64,000 bases of DNA, taken from Marsupella aquatica. Taxonomy: Eukaryota > Plantae > Marchantiophyta. Within the stretch, counting starts at the first letter, position 1. Each line of letters begins with the position of its first letter. Where the stretch lies: contig OZ316891.1 in NCBI GenBank assembly GCA_973895155.1, positions 31,069,112 through 31,133,111 of the forward strand, read 5' to 3'. Shown one piece after another: positions 37,534-48,400 of this stretch. Made by a program: the position numbers and the translations under genes. Below the pieces are notes generated by a model. The model was given only the letters and a program-made list of their open reading frames with translations, ran no database searches and was not told the DNA's origin.

Positions 37534-38921
37534 TGTCGTATAGTGCTAAGTATCAAAAGTGACTCTCCTCACCTAAAACCAGGGTTTCGATCCCTTTAAG
37601 AACAGATTTCAGAATGAATTGTATAACTTTTATCACTCCGAGTGATTTAGAGTCTTGAGCTCTATGTTGACTTCACTTCTCAATAAAAAAAATCGAATAA
37701 ACAAACAACAAAGTAACTGAACTTCTGATTTATGAATTAGAGAAGAAATGAGTAAGGATTTAGAGACTACAAGCTACTGCCACTCCTTCAGAAAGGATTT
37801 GGGCTCAGTATAGACATGAAATCTATCTCATAATTCATCCATCTCACTCTTCAAAACACAAAGGTTAATGATAATGGAATTCTCAATCTGATGAAGCAGA
37901 AGCTTTCTGATTGCAAATGAATGATATGATTTAAAATGCCGTCAACATGATTTGACATCAGCGATACGCAATTCAGTCAAACTCTAAACCATATTCCAGA
38001 ATCAAAGCAACAGTACTAACTACTCTGAGAATCAGAATTTACTTCTCATTTATCATTAACTATTCTTGAATTGGCTAGCGAATCCCGACTCTGCAAGCAA
38101 GCCTAGCAGTGAATTCAATACGAGTTTCAGAAATCTGCAACTGAATTCAATCACCACAGGAATCTCTTGAATTCAATCTTAACTTCAATCAATATAGCTT
38201 TACTTCCATACAAAACACTCACAGCATGCCTTGTTACAATGGAAGGAGGAGAAAACTATTCAGAAGACTCAATTCTGAATACAGTATTAACTCTATTTCT
38301 CTCTACTTCAAATGAGCATTCTACTCTGTCTTATAAGTGCTGGAATCCTAAAATGGAGGAGGTAAGAACAGTCGTGCCTTTCCAAGCTTAAAACTAAACA
38401 AGGGAGAAGCACAGCATAAGTACTTCAACAAGGGTGGTAGAATACTACTTTACTAGTAATCTACTTCAAAAACTAAGTGTTGAGCGGACGCTGCTAGAAG
38501 CGTCGGGAGAATCTGGACGCTGCTAGAAGCGTCTTAAGTAAAACCAACGGACGCTGCTCACACTGCTCACAGCGTCAATACTAGGGTGGACGCTGCTCAC
38601 AGCGTCGTGTGTTGAAGCTGACGCTTTCCACAGCGTCGGTCGAAATCCTCATAGAGTCTTGGTGGCGGTCGGGCACTGCCAAAAGCGTCATGAGGAGGTT
38701 GGACGCTTCCGCAGCGTCTTGAGTAAAAGAAACGGGCGCTGGTCACAGCGTCGGGCAAAGTACACTAGGAATCGTCAGGAAAGCCGGAGATGTCAAATAT
38801 TTCTATAAGTGTCCAGAACAAGTAAATGTTGGCCGGAAGGTGTCTAAAGTGTAAGTAAATCTTGTGATATGCTAAAAATAAACAAGTTTCCAGAAAAAAT
38901 TGCAGGGACACCCATACCACA
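37534..38921 (-). repeat. 3' LTR of element E
   Basis: Copy of 49690-51077; TG..CA ends. Confidence 0.96.
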
Positions 38922-38940
38922 TAGCCCTCCACTTAAATTT
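38922..38940 (-). promoter_or_regulatory. Polypurine tract of element E
   Basis: Minus strand AAATTTAAGTGGAGGGCTA abutting the 3' LTR. Confidence 0.7.
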
Positions 38941-38998
38941 CGCCGTGTCCCCACAAGACATGACCGAATTGAATCAGAAGCGAGTGACATGTTCTTCA

Positions 38999-39475
38999 TT
39001 AATAATATTCTGGCTTAATAATCCAAGTAGTGCTCAAAATCATTGACGGGAGTTGGGAGATATCCGAATCCAGAATATAAAAATCGAGGTCATGGAATTC
39101 TTCTCCGATCTGTATTGGGACTCCTTTAACTCTTCCCCAAAGATTAATGATTCGTCCATCGATTGATATCTGAGCAGATATCGGTTGTACTTCTTGATGA
39201 ACAAATTGCTGGCACAGTCTGTGGGAGAGGAAATTAATTCGAGAGCCTGGATCAATAACAAAGTGTTGAATAGCATGTCCTCCCAGTTTGATCTTGCCTT
39301 CAAAGGAATGTTGGAAAGCACGGGGTAAAGAATTCCAACAATCCATAGTAGCTTTGATGTCCCACATGAGCAGATAAATATCAATTCGAAGGAGAAAGAA
39401 GGAAACAATTGCAGGATGCTGCAAAAGTAACGGCTTATATACATATAAATGACAACACCGTTTGATATCTCTCAT
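38999..39475 (-). CDS. Small retropepsin-like (aspartic protease fold) accessory ORF
   Basis: FVIDPGSRINFLS...GRVKGVPIQIG...LDFYIL...MILSTTWI parallels the element's own protease (VPVDGGASVNLI...LDYVVI...VLLGRPWL). Confidence 0.65.
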   Translation of the reverse strand: MRDIKRCCHLYVYKPLLLQHPAIVSFFLLRIDIYLLMWDIKATMDCWNSLPRAFQHSFEGKIKLGGHAIQHFVIDPGSRINFLSHRLCQQFVHQEVQPISAQISIDGRIINLWGRVKGVPIQIGEEFHDLDFYILDSDISQLPSMILSTTWIIKPEYY

Positions 39476-39487
39476 AAATGGTGTCCT

Positions 39488-42061
39488 TCAAATCTGTGTC
39501 CTAGATAAAACACCTTGAATAATCACATCCGGATAAGAAGGAATAATAGGTAGGAACGCTAAACACCTAAGCGACTTGAACCCTTGGGAAGCCGGTAGCA
39601 TACATTGTTTTGTAATCAACTGCTCCCTTAGCTTAACAAGCTTCTTCTCATATTTAATTGGAATAGCAAACCCACCAGGACAAACCCAAACATAGTATGG
39701 ATAGGGCCATGGAATTTCCGGCACAAGGGGCGGAAATGGAGCTTGAGCTCGTCGAAGCATATACACCCAACACCAAATTTCGAACTCCGAAAACTTATGT
39801 CGTCTGTCCTTATCAATGGGAGGAACCGCCTTCCCAGGTTCATATGTGCGAATCAAACTACGAATCCTCGGATGGGATGTCATTGGCAAAATCTGCTGCT
39901 GCTGCAAAATGCTCTCCATCTCCAGATGTCGAAAAGCTACTCGAAAATGTTTCTTCTCCCACCTGTGAATTGAAGCCAAATTAGGGATAGGATTTCGGGG
40001 TGGCAAATCCACTGTATGCCGAAGTCGAGGAGGTACTCTGATAATGCGAGGGTCTTCGTCTTCTTCTCCATCACTTGGTGCTCCTATCCAACGGAAAATT
40101 ACATCTGGCATAGCGGAAGGAATCACTGACTCCTTAACTGGTCGAATTGGCAATGTAACAGGAGACGAAGGAGCAGAAGGTTCGGGCTCCAGTGGTTCAA
40201 ATTCTTCTCTTGCAACAGTAGCTGGTTGATCTGCAATGGGATGCATTGGTACTAAAACAGGAAGTTCTTCTTTAAAATTATCGCTAGGTAAAGAGACTTC
40301 CTGGTTAGTTCGATCTGTCAAAAGTACAGGAAGGGGTAGCTCGTCTGTTCCGACAGGTGCTTCTCCCTGTTCAAAATCCTGGGAAGATGCTTCAGGAAAG
40401 ATCTGTCGACTGATAGCATGGCGCAACCGTTTCCAAGATTTTCGAGTATACGTCACTGAAAACTCCTCCCGAATGTTTTTATCCTCGTTTGTAGCCAATG
40501 AAACTGGTGCTGAGCTGGTTGTCGAAGCGGGTGTCTCGGGTACCAATATGGGTACAGATATACCCATATTACCAGATACCTGATTGCGACTCGGAAAACC
40601 AGCAGAGCCTCCTTCAATCAACTCATCTTCAGGAGAAACCCATTTTACAGGCGGAAATGAAGGAGCTCCTATCGCGGCTATTGCCTCATCTAATTCCTTA
40701 GTTATATCCAAAGGAATCGATATGAGTGAACCAGGTGTAGACCAGGCAGGGTATCTTGCGACAGATTGGGGAGAAGTCACTGGTTCACCTACTTCGTCTA
40801 TATCCACAATTGCATCCTCCGAATCAACTTTAACCAGCTTCACAATTTCTGAGCTTAATATTTCTGACTCCTGGACCAGAGGGATTTCACCTATATTTGG
40901 GCTAGAACTAAGAGAGTCGGACGAATCATACTCCTGTAAAGCCTGCAAAGCATCACTATTTGCCTCTATGGGAACCAAAACAGGGGTAGAAGTAAATCCA
41001 TCATACTCGTCCTCAGCAGTAGAATGTTGAAGAGGTTCCCCTGAAAAACCTTCTTCATCCACCCTCACCTCATCTTCAACATTCATCTGAGAAGCAGAAT
41101 TATCCTGATCAACATCATAAATAGGCTCGGCAGCACAAGGTGAACACGAGAGTCGAGGTGACATAGAATGCTCCAACCCTGTTGGCATTGCTGAAGGAAC
41201 ATCTTCGGCAACTTGAGCCTCTCTTGGTTGGTGAAGAATCGGATCGTCACTCCCTTCAGCTGATGCTCTTGTCTCTTTCAATTTCCGAACTTCACCCACC
41301 AGTTCAGGTTCCTCACAGTCGAGTATTGCACATAGCTCTACCACTGTGGAATTGGCTCGGACTTCTCGTACTTCAGGCATATAATTTGCTTCACCGGTAG
41401 ATGCTCTCTGATTGTTGCGATAAAAATCTTTTTCCAAGACAAGCAGACAGTCATACTTATGGTAAATGTGAGCTAAATAAGGGGCCAAGTAGGTACACCT
41501 TATTTTCCCCGTTTTCAGCCTGCTACGAAAATTTTTGACCTGAGTATGAATTACTCGGTGCAAAACCTTCGTCCAATTGATAGACTGCGTCTGTTCTAAT
41601 GAACAGATCACCGTTGCAGCGAACGAAAGAGTGATGCGCGTCTGGCTTTCTGGGTAGAAAATTGGTGCCAGAAATCGAAATAGACGCTGCAGAGAATTAT
41701 CTAAGCAGTCCGCCGCTAGCCATCCATTCCGCCTCTTGAAAGATCCTGGAGCGAAGAAGGATTCTACATAAACCCGAGGCTCACAATCAACCCTCTGTAA
41801 ATCCTCGCCCTCCATCGGCGTCGAATAGACCTTCGCTATGAGCGCTTCAGTCCAAACACTGGGACGCGAGCGCACACCAATCCTTTCTTCAGCGTCCCAG
41901 ACACCTTGATCGATAAGGCTGAATTCGCAAATCTTCCAAGGAAGTTGAAGCAGCTTCTTCAAGCCCATTTTTGCCAGAGCCGTCTTCAACTGCCGCCTAT
42001 GCACTGCATTCGATGGAATGTCTGCGAGTATTGGTCGCGTCGTCAGCTCAGTCTCCGCCAT
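39488..42061 (-). CDS. 857-aa accessory ORF between pol and 3' LTR (sense orientation; unknown function)
   Basis: Intact long ORF; N-terminal ~210 aa aligns by eye with the core of the LTR ORFs in A and C; long acidic/Pro-rich linker. Confidence 0.8.
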   Translation of the reverse strand: MAETELTTRPILADIPSNAVHRRQLKTALAKMGLKKLLQLPWKICEFSLIDQGVWDAEERIGVRSRPSVWTEALIAKVYSTPMEGEDLQRVDCEPRVYVESFFAPGSFKRRNGWLAADCLDNSLQRLFRFLAPIFYPESQTRITLSFAATVICSLEQTQSINWTKVLHRVIHTQVKNFRSRLKTGKIRCTYLAPYLAHIYHKYDCLLVLEKDFYRNNQRASTGEANYMPEVREVRANSTVVELCAILDCEEPELVGEVRKLKETRASAEGSDDPILHQPREAQVAEDVPSAMPTGLEHSMSPRLSCSPCAAEPIYDVDQDNSASQMNVEDEVRVDEEGFSGEPLQHSTAEDEYDGFTSTPVLVPIEANSDALQALQEYDSSDSLSSSPNIGEIPLVQESEILSSEIVKLVKVDSEDAIVDIDEVGEPVTSPQSVARYPAWSTPGSLISIPLDITKELDEAIAAIGAPSFPPVKWVSPEDELIEGGSAGFPSRNQVSGNMGISVPILVPETPASTTSSAPVSLATNEDKNIREEFSVTYTRKSWKRLRHAISRQIFPEASSQDFEQGEAPVGTDELPLPVLLTDRTNQEVSLPSDNFKEELPVLVPMHPIADQPATVAREEFEPLEPEPSAPSSPVTLPIRPVKESVIPSAMPDVIFRWIGAPSDGEEDEDPRIIRVPPRLRHTVDLPPRNPIPNLASIHRWEKKHFRVAFRHLEMESILQQQQILPMTSHPRIRSLIRTYEPGKAVPPIDKDRRHKFSEFEIWCWVYMLRRAQAPFPPLVPEIPWPYPYYVWVCPGGFAIPIKYEKKLVKLREQLITKQCMLPASQGFKSLRCLAFLPIIPSYPDVIIQGVLSRTQI

Positions 42062-42444
42062 CGCGTGACTTGTTAGCTCCGTAAGCTCAGTGAGAATCGT
42101 GTTCCATAGTGAACTAGGGCGAAGCGCGACTGCTTACTCCTCAGCGTCCCGTTGAGCTGTCGCAATCCGCCATTGTACAAGATGCCTAGTCATCGGCTCA
42201 CAGCGTCTCATGCAACTGAACTAATACAAAAGCGGACCTCTGCACAACGTCCTTTGTAAACTAAGTGGACGCTTCCCCAGCGTCGAGTTACAATGGACGC
42301 TTTTCACAGCGTCCAATGTAAAAACTGAAAGTAACTAAAAAAAATTAAAAAAATATGCCGAATACTTACTAGGGAGGGTCACTAATTCTAACTAAGTATA
42401 ACTACCGCCCTCCACTTAAATTGCAACCTGTCCCAGGTGGAATT

Positions 42445-45417
42445 CTAAATGGAAGACTCATAGTACCGTTTAATCCTAAACCCATTGATTCTAGTGTTAA
42501 GTGGGTGACCATCTAAGGTAGTCAATGAAACTGAACCATTATCCCAGATGTGTGTAACTCGGTAAGGACCAATCCAATGAGTATGAAGTTTCCCAGGAAA
42601 TAGCATATAACGAGAATCAAAGACTAATGCTAAATCACCAACATCTAACTGCACTACGCGCAGCTTCTTATCATAAGCAAGTTTACGCTGGTTCTGAATG
42701 GTGACTGTATGGTCTAATGCTAAAAGTCTAACTTCTTCTAATTTAACAATATTGGAAAACCGATGTGAGAGACTATCTGAAGGAGAGAGTCGGTGTGGTA
42801 CCAAGATACGTTCCGTTGGTAACGAAAATTCTATTGGAATAATACTATTCAGGCCATAGGTCAGATAGAAGGGGGTGTGAAGAGTTGTAATCTTCTCAGC
42901 GGTGCGGTAAGCCCATAATGCAGAATGGAGCTTCACATCCCAATCTGTCTTGTGAGATTCTACCATTTTATTCAGAATCTTGCCCATAATGCCATTAGCT
43001 CTCTCGGTTAAGCCATTAGCTCGGGGGTTGTAAGGAGTAGTTTTGCGATGCTTGATAAGATAAAGGTCAGTGATTAACTCAATAGTTGAGTTAAGAAAAT
43101 GCAAACCCCTATCGCTTACCAACTCCAAAGGACAACCAAACCGGGTGATAATGTGCTCAAAGAGAAATGCAGCTGCGGTTATAGCATCATTCTTGCGAGT
43201 AGCTTTCGCCTCTACCCATTTGGTGGCATAATCAGTGGCCAGAATAATATATTTGCTTCGGCTTTTCCGAGCTGCTGGAGAAATTGGGCCAATAAAATCA
43301 ATCCCCCATTTCTCAAATGGTGCCAACGGAAGGATAGGCGTAAGAGGCCATTTGGAACTAGCAGTGGGCTTCCCGATCCTTTGACAGGGATCACAGGTCT
43401 TAATAAAATTGTAAGTATCTCGATGCATAGTAGGCCACCAGTATCCAGCATCCAAAATTTTCTTAACTGTGGTATTCACTGCATAATGCCCACCGGTTTC
43501 TCCTGAATGTAAAGCTTCAATTACTTGGGGAAGTTCCCTATCCTCTAGACAACGTCGCAATTGTTGATCAGGACCTTGTTTAAACAAAGTGCCCCGAATA
43601 ATGGTATAGGGACCCACCTTATGAGCAAAGACAGCTCGTTCTTCCGCATTAAAGCCTTCAGGGAACGTTCCATGAAGCAGCATGTGCACAATATTAAAAT
43701 ATCGAGAAGACTCCCCTTCAATGTGCCACAAATGCTCGTCAGGAAATTCATCGGAGAGATTATGCTGATTCTCCGGACCAGGTAACCGAGATAGGAAGTC
43801 TGCATTCTCATGATGTTTGCCAGGTCGGACATGAACTTCATAATCAAATTCTTGGAGTAGTAAAACCCAGCGGGCTACTCGTCCTGAGAGATCCACTTGG
43901 TTAACCAAATATTTTAAGGAATTATGATCAGTGTGAAAAGTAACCTGATACCCCAACAAATAGTGACGAAATTTCTTACACGCAAAGACGATGGCCAAAG
44001 CTTCCCGTTCAGTGACGGAGTAGTTTTTCTCGGCTGCACTCATTTGGCGGCTGGCATAGTAAATTGGATGGTCACGGTTTTCCACATCCTTCTGACTGAG
44101 ATTAGCTCCAATGCAGAACGCAGAAGAGTCAATGAAGACATGAAACTTCTTAGTCCAATCTGGGGGTGACAAAATAGGTGCAGAGATTAACCGATCCTTG
44201 AGCAACTGGAATGCTTGCTGCCGCTCCTCATTCCATGTATATTCCACATCACTTTTTAACAGTTGGGTTAAGGGTAAGGCAATATTAGCATGTTTATAAA
44301 TGAACCGACGATAATACCCCACATGTCCCAGAAAAGCACGAAGCTGCTTTAAATCGGTCGGTGGTTGCAACTCCATAATTACTCTAACCTTCTCTGTATC
44401 AACCTCAATGCCGCGTTGTGAAATAACATGGCCTAACAAAATTCCCTCCTTCATACCAATAAAGCACTTTTCTGGATGAAGACACAACTGAGCCTCTCTA
44501 CACTTCTGAAATGTCTTCTCCAAATGGACGAGGTGTTCAGCCGCTGACCCGTAAACACAAAAGTCGTCAATAAAAATCTCCATGAAATGCCGCAAATATT
44601 CTTGAAAAATAATCATCATAATGCGCTGAAAAGTACCCGGGGCATTACACAGCCCAAAAGGCATCATGGTAAATGCATATGTACCCCAGTCGGTGGTGAA
44701 CGTAGTCTTGTCGCGATCCTCCTTCCGAATGGACACCTGGTTATAACCAGAGTACCCATCTAAAAAACTGTATAACTCATGCAAGGCCACTGAATCAAGT
44801 ACCAGATCAATAAATGGCAAAGGATAATGATCTTTCCGAGTGGCAGCATTCAACTTCCGGAAGTCTTGACAAACGCGAATTTTCGTTTTACCATCGGGTC
44901 CCGGCTTTTTGGGGACAATGACAATTGGTGAGACCCATTCACTACTCAAGACCGGGTAGATAAATCCAGCAGTCGTGAGCTTGTCCAACTCGTCTTTAAC
45001 CAGGATGGAATATTTGGGATTCAAACGGTACTGTCTCTGTCGGACAGGTACTGCTCCTTCCATAAGGTCAATACGATGTTCGCCCAAATGTGGATGGATA
45101 CCTTTTAAATCAGAATGACTCCAGGCAAAGACATCTTTATACTGGGTTAATAAACTGATATACTGTTCCCGTAGCTCTCCTTCGATATGCTTACCAATAT
45201 TCAAAAACTTGCCTGGCTCAATTTCGATTTTCTGACAAGCTTTTGGATCCACAATTCCATCCGTGAGGTTTGCCGGCTGAAGTCCAAGTTTGGATACTTC
45301 TGGTGCAAATGGCTCAAGGGTAGCTGACATTCCCATATCATGGTGTAAATCCCTATTAGCCTCAGTATTAGGAGGTTCGTCTGCTGCTGGGCCCACTTCC
45401 GATGATGAAGTTAATTG
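42445..45417 (-). CDS. pol (RT-RNaseH-integrase) of element E
   Basis: DFRKLN, LDGYSGYNQV, FIDD, FIDSS, HHCC, WGIDFIGP, SDRGLHF, GPY; open from the codon after the gag-PR stop. Confidence 0.95.
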   Translation of the reverse strand, partial: QLTSSSEVGPAADEPPNTEANRDLHHDMGMSATLEPFAPEVSKLGLQPANLTDGIVDPKACQKIEIEPGKFLNIGKHIEGELREQYISLLTQYKDVFAWSHSDLKGIHPHLGEHRIDLMEGAVPVRQRQYRLNPKYSILVKDELDKLTTAGFIYPVLSSEWVSPIVIVPKKPGPDGKTKIRVCQDFRKLNAATRKDHYPLPFIDLVLDSVALHELYSFLDGYSGYNQVSIRKEDRDKTTFTTDWGTYAFTMMPFGLCNAPGTFQRIMMIIFQEYLRHFMEIFIDDFCVYGSAAEHLVHLEKTFQKCREAQLCLHPEKCFIGMKEGILLGHVISQRGIEVDTEKVRVIMELQPPTDLKQLRAFLGHVGYYRRFIYKHANIALPLTQLLKSDVEYTWNEERQQAFQLLKDRLISAPILSPPDWTKKFHVFIDSSAFCIGANLSQKDVENRDHPIYYASRQMSAAEKNYSVTEREALAIVFACKKFRHYLLGYQVTFHTDHNSLKYLVNQVDLSGRVARWVLLLQEFDYEVHVRPGKHHENADFLSRLPGPENQHNLSDEFPDEHLWHIEGESSRYFNIVHMLLHGTFPEGFNAEERAVFAHKVGPYTIIRGTLFKQGPDQQLRRCLEDRELPQVIEALHSGETGGHYAVNTTVKKILDAGYWWPTMHRDTYNFIKTCDPCQRIGKPTASSKWPLTPILPLAPFEKWGIDFIGPISPAARKSRSKYIILATDYATKWVEAKATRKNDAITAAAFLFEHIITRFGCPLELVSDRGLHFLNSTIELITDLYLIKHRKTTPYNPRANGLTERANGIMGKILNKMVESHKTDWDVKLHSALWAYRTAEKITTLHTPFYLTYGLNSIIPIEFSLPTERILVPHRLSPSDSLSHRFSNIVKLEEVRLLALDHTVTIQNQRKLAYDKKLRVVQLDVGDLALVFDSRYMLFPGKLHTHWIGPYRVTHIWDNGSVSLTTLDGHPLNTRINGFRIKRYYESSI

Positions 45418-48400
45418 TCAGGAGGGCCTAGTTGTTTTTATGGGAGCATCAGACAGATAAACTTCCAAGTAACGAACTTCCTCCAGTTCAAATTCCAATG
45501 GCTGCAGGACTAGCGAAGAGGTCGAAAAATCCGAGGTGTACCCATCATCTGTTTGTGTTTCTCCAAAATGTGGTTCCGGAACCCAACTAACAGTCACCTT
45601 AGGCTTCCCAAATGAAAGCTCTTGAGATTGCCAATTAACCTGAACTTGAGCCTTATACAACCATGGTCGGCCTAACAAAACAGGAAAGCTGGATGGTATT
45701 TCCGGATTAATAACCACATAATCCAACAGAAAAGGGACACCAGCAATCAAAGTTTCTACTTTGGTCAGCTTCCCTATGGGTACCACACGAGACTGATCCG
45801 CCATGCGCAAAATCTTGGGAGTGGGCTCAAACTTAGTGAAACCCAAATTAAATGCTGCTGACTGTGTAATCAGATTAACGCTGGCTCCTCCATCCACAGG
45901 AACTCTCCGAATGACACACCCCTGGATTTGAACCTCAATTTCCATCGGTCCTTTGTCCTCCCACTCTGTTCGTAGCACATCCACAGAAGGTAACTTCTTC
46001 TTCCTCCGTTTTCCTGCAAGGAGGCTCCTCAGCTGTCGCCTATAAACCGGATTGTCCTGTAATAATTCCCCAATGGTGATATGTGCAGGATGATTCTTGA
46101 CATCTTCAACAATATCATAACCTGGATTTTTCAGTGGCTCTTTAGCTTTGACTACTACTGGTGGGTTAGGAGATTGCACTTGCTCCTTAACTAGCTCTTC
46201 CAGATTGTCTTTCACTTCCAAAGAGATGTCGGGCAAGAAGTATTTTGGGTCATATCGGTCATAAGCAGGGTCGTCTTCTTTGTCGAGGCCTTCCTTACAT
46301 GGCTTGCGCCCTTCATCCTTGGGAGCTTTCGCGACCTTCTGATGCTCGTGCTTCTTGGTCTCCTTTTTCTTCGAACGAGTAGTTGCGTAAATATTAGTCA
46401 GAACTTTATCCCGATTCTGAACTCGATCATTCGGCATACCAACTACTTCAGGTTTCACTAAATGACTTACCAAGACATCAGGCACCACCCCGGATACTGG
46501 TTGATGAAAAAGTGAATCTGGCTTTAATTCCACCCGATTTACATCCATATGTTGAATGAAGCTGCATTGCTCCATCTCTTCAGAATAAACCATCCGAATC
46601 TTGGCTTCAGGTCGACTTGCTTCTTTAACTGGCTCTTGAGCAAATCGAACCATCAGCCTAGGCTTAGCCGGATTCGGGCATTCCACCGGTAAGTGTCCTT
46701 CTTTTCCACAGTTCCCACAGACAGGTGTATACCCCACCTCCTGTTTGGGATAAGGGCACTGGGGTGAATAATGATCAGGTTGGCCACAATTCCAACAAGC
46801 CCCTTTTTGACACGGCATTCCTCGTGGTGGGTATCCTCCCGGGGGTCCCATGGGTGGTCTTGACGTTGGTTTATTGAAAGTGGGCTTAGGTGGTCCCCAA
46901 GTCGGTCTGGAAGCAGGAGGTGGTGGGAAATACTGTCCAGGGGGTGCTGTTTGGACGGTATACGTGGGATCGTACTCATACTCCTCAGCCTCTTCTTGAC
47001 CATCTACATAATTCACCGGGGTTCGTAATGTGGGGCACTCGTTCGGGTAATGGCCCTGCTGACTGCATCGGGTGCACCATACGTTCATTCTCATGGGAGC
47101 AGGCAACCTTCGTACTGGTTTTACCGCGGCGATATTGACATTCAACTTGGACAATTGGCCAGAGAGTTCTTCCATCATGCGATCCATCTTCTTCTGGTTG
47201 GGAACTTTATTATTCCCTTTTACAGAGGATTTCTTCTTTTTAGGAGCAACGGATTCTGAGTCGGAACTTGAGCTTGAACTATCACTAGTGCTCGAATTTG
47301 TACTCTCGTCCTCCTCACTAGTGCTACTTCCACTTGATTCCGTCTCCGAGTCAGATTTAGACCTGGACGTTTTCTTCTTCTTTCTTTTGTCTTTCTTCAG
47401 GTCCTTCTTAACTCGTTTTCTCTCTGAAATCTCCGAGTCTACGTACTTCTGGGCTGCCTCTTGTACTTCTTCCAAAGTGGTGCCACCTTCTCGTCTCACG
47501 TAACGAGCAATCCTGGAGGGTAAACCGTTAATAAACCAGTCCTTGATAGTAGATTTCGAGGTAGCTGGATTATATTGATCTACCAAATCCAATAATTTGT
47601 CGGCATATTTCCTCACAGACCCATGTTTCTTCATGTGCAGATGTGAGATTCGGGCAAAGGCACGCGCAGCTGCTCCTTCTTCTTTATATTTGGCCAAGAA
47701 AGCAGCCTTCAATTTCCCCCAATCCTGCTTGTCCGGAAAACGGTCATACCATTTCTGAGCACCCTTTTTCATTAGACCACCAAACAGATTGGCTTTTTCA
47801 GCGTCTTGACTCTGTCCATTGGATGCAGCTGCAGCTTCAAATTCTTTCAAATACACCTCTGCATCCTCCTTGGAAGTACCGAAGAACCGGTCGTACCTCA
47901 CATTATTTCGAGCCATCGTGGTTGGAGCTAGGAGGGTAACGAAAGGAAGAGCTGATCGGGTAGCAAATGGGTTTGGGCTGCCCAAGCCTGAACTGCTGCT
48001 TGTCTCACTAGAAGACGAACCACCGGCTTCACTCAGTGGTTCTGGATTATCCAATTGTGAAAGATCGACAGAATTATCTTGGGCCAGCGATTCTGCAACT
48101 GTATTCTCGGGCAAACCCAAATTTCTTCCTTCGGTATGAGATAAGGCCCTCTCAGTGGTACTATCCACACCAGAGTCAATTTGGTTCACCGAACGTACTG
48201 TCTGCTGGCGGAGCTTGGTCTTTTGAGAACCAATAAGTTTTGGACCTGAACGAAGATTTACAAACAGGGGTCGGGTCGACGTGGGCCTTTCCAAAGAGCC
48301 ACTTGCCTCTTGAATAGATCCCACTTGTTTCCCCACACTACCCGGTGCAGGTGCTCCTGGTGACTGGAATTCGGGTAACAATGTGCGAGGGGTCACTACT

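Noticed and set aside
37581-37595. tRNA T-arm-like GGGTTTCGATCCC in the E LTR
   Set aside because: No acceptor, D or anticodon arms around it
38167-38391. Identical 74-aa ORF present twice (also 50323-50547)
   Set aside because: Consequence of LTR duplication; antisense to the element with no coding signature
39488-42061. env gene (retrovirus-like)
   Set aside because: Position fits, but no signal peptide or clear transmembrane segment is visible
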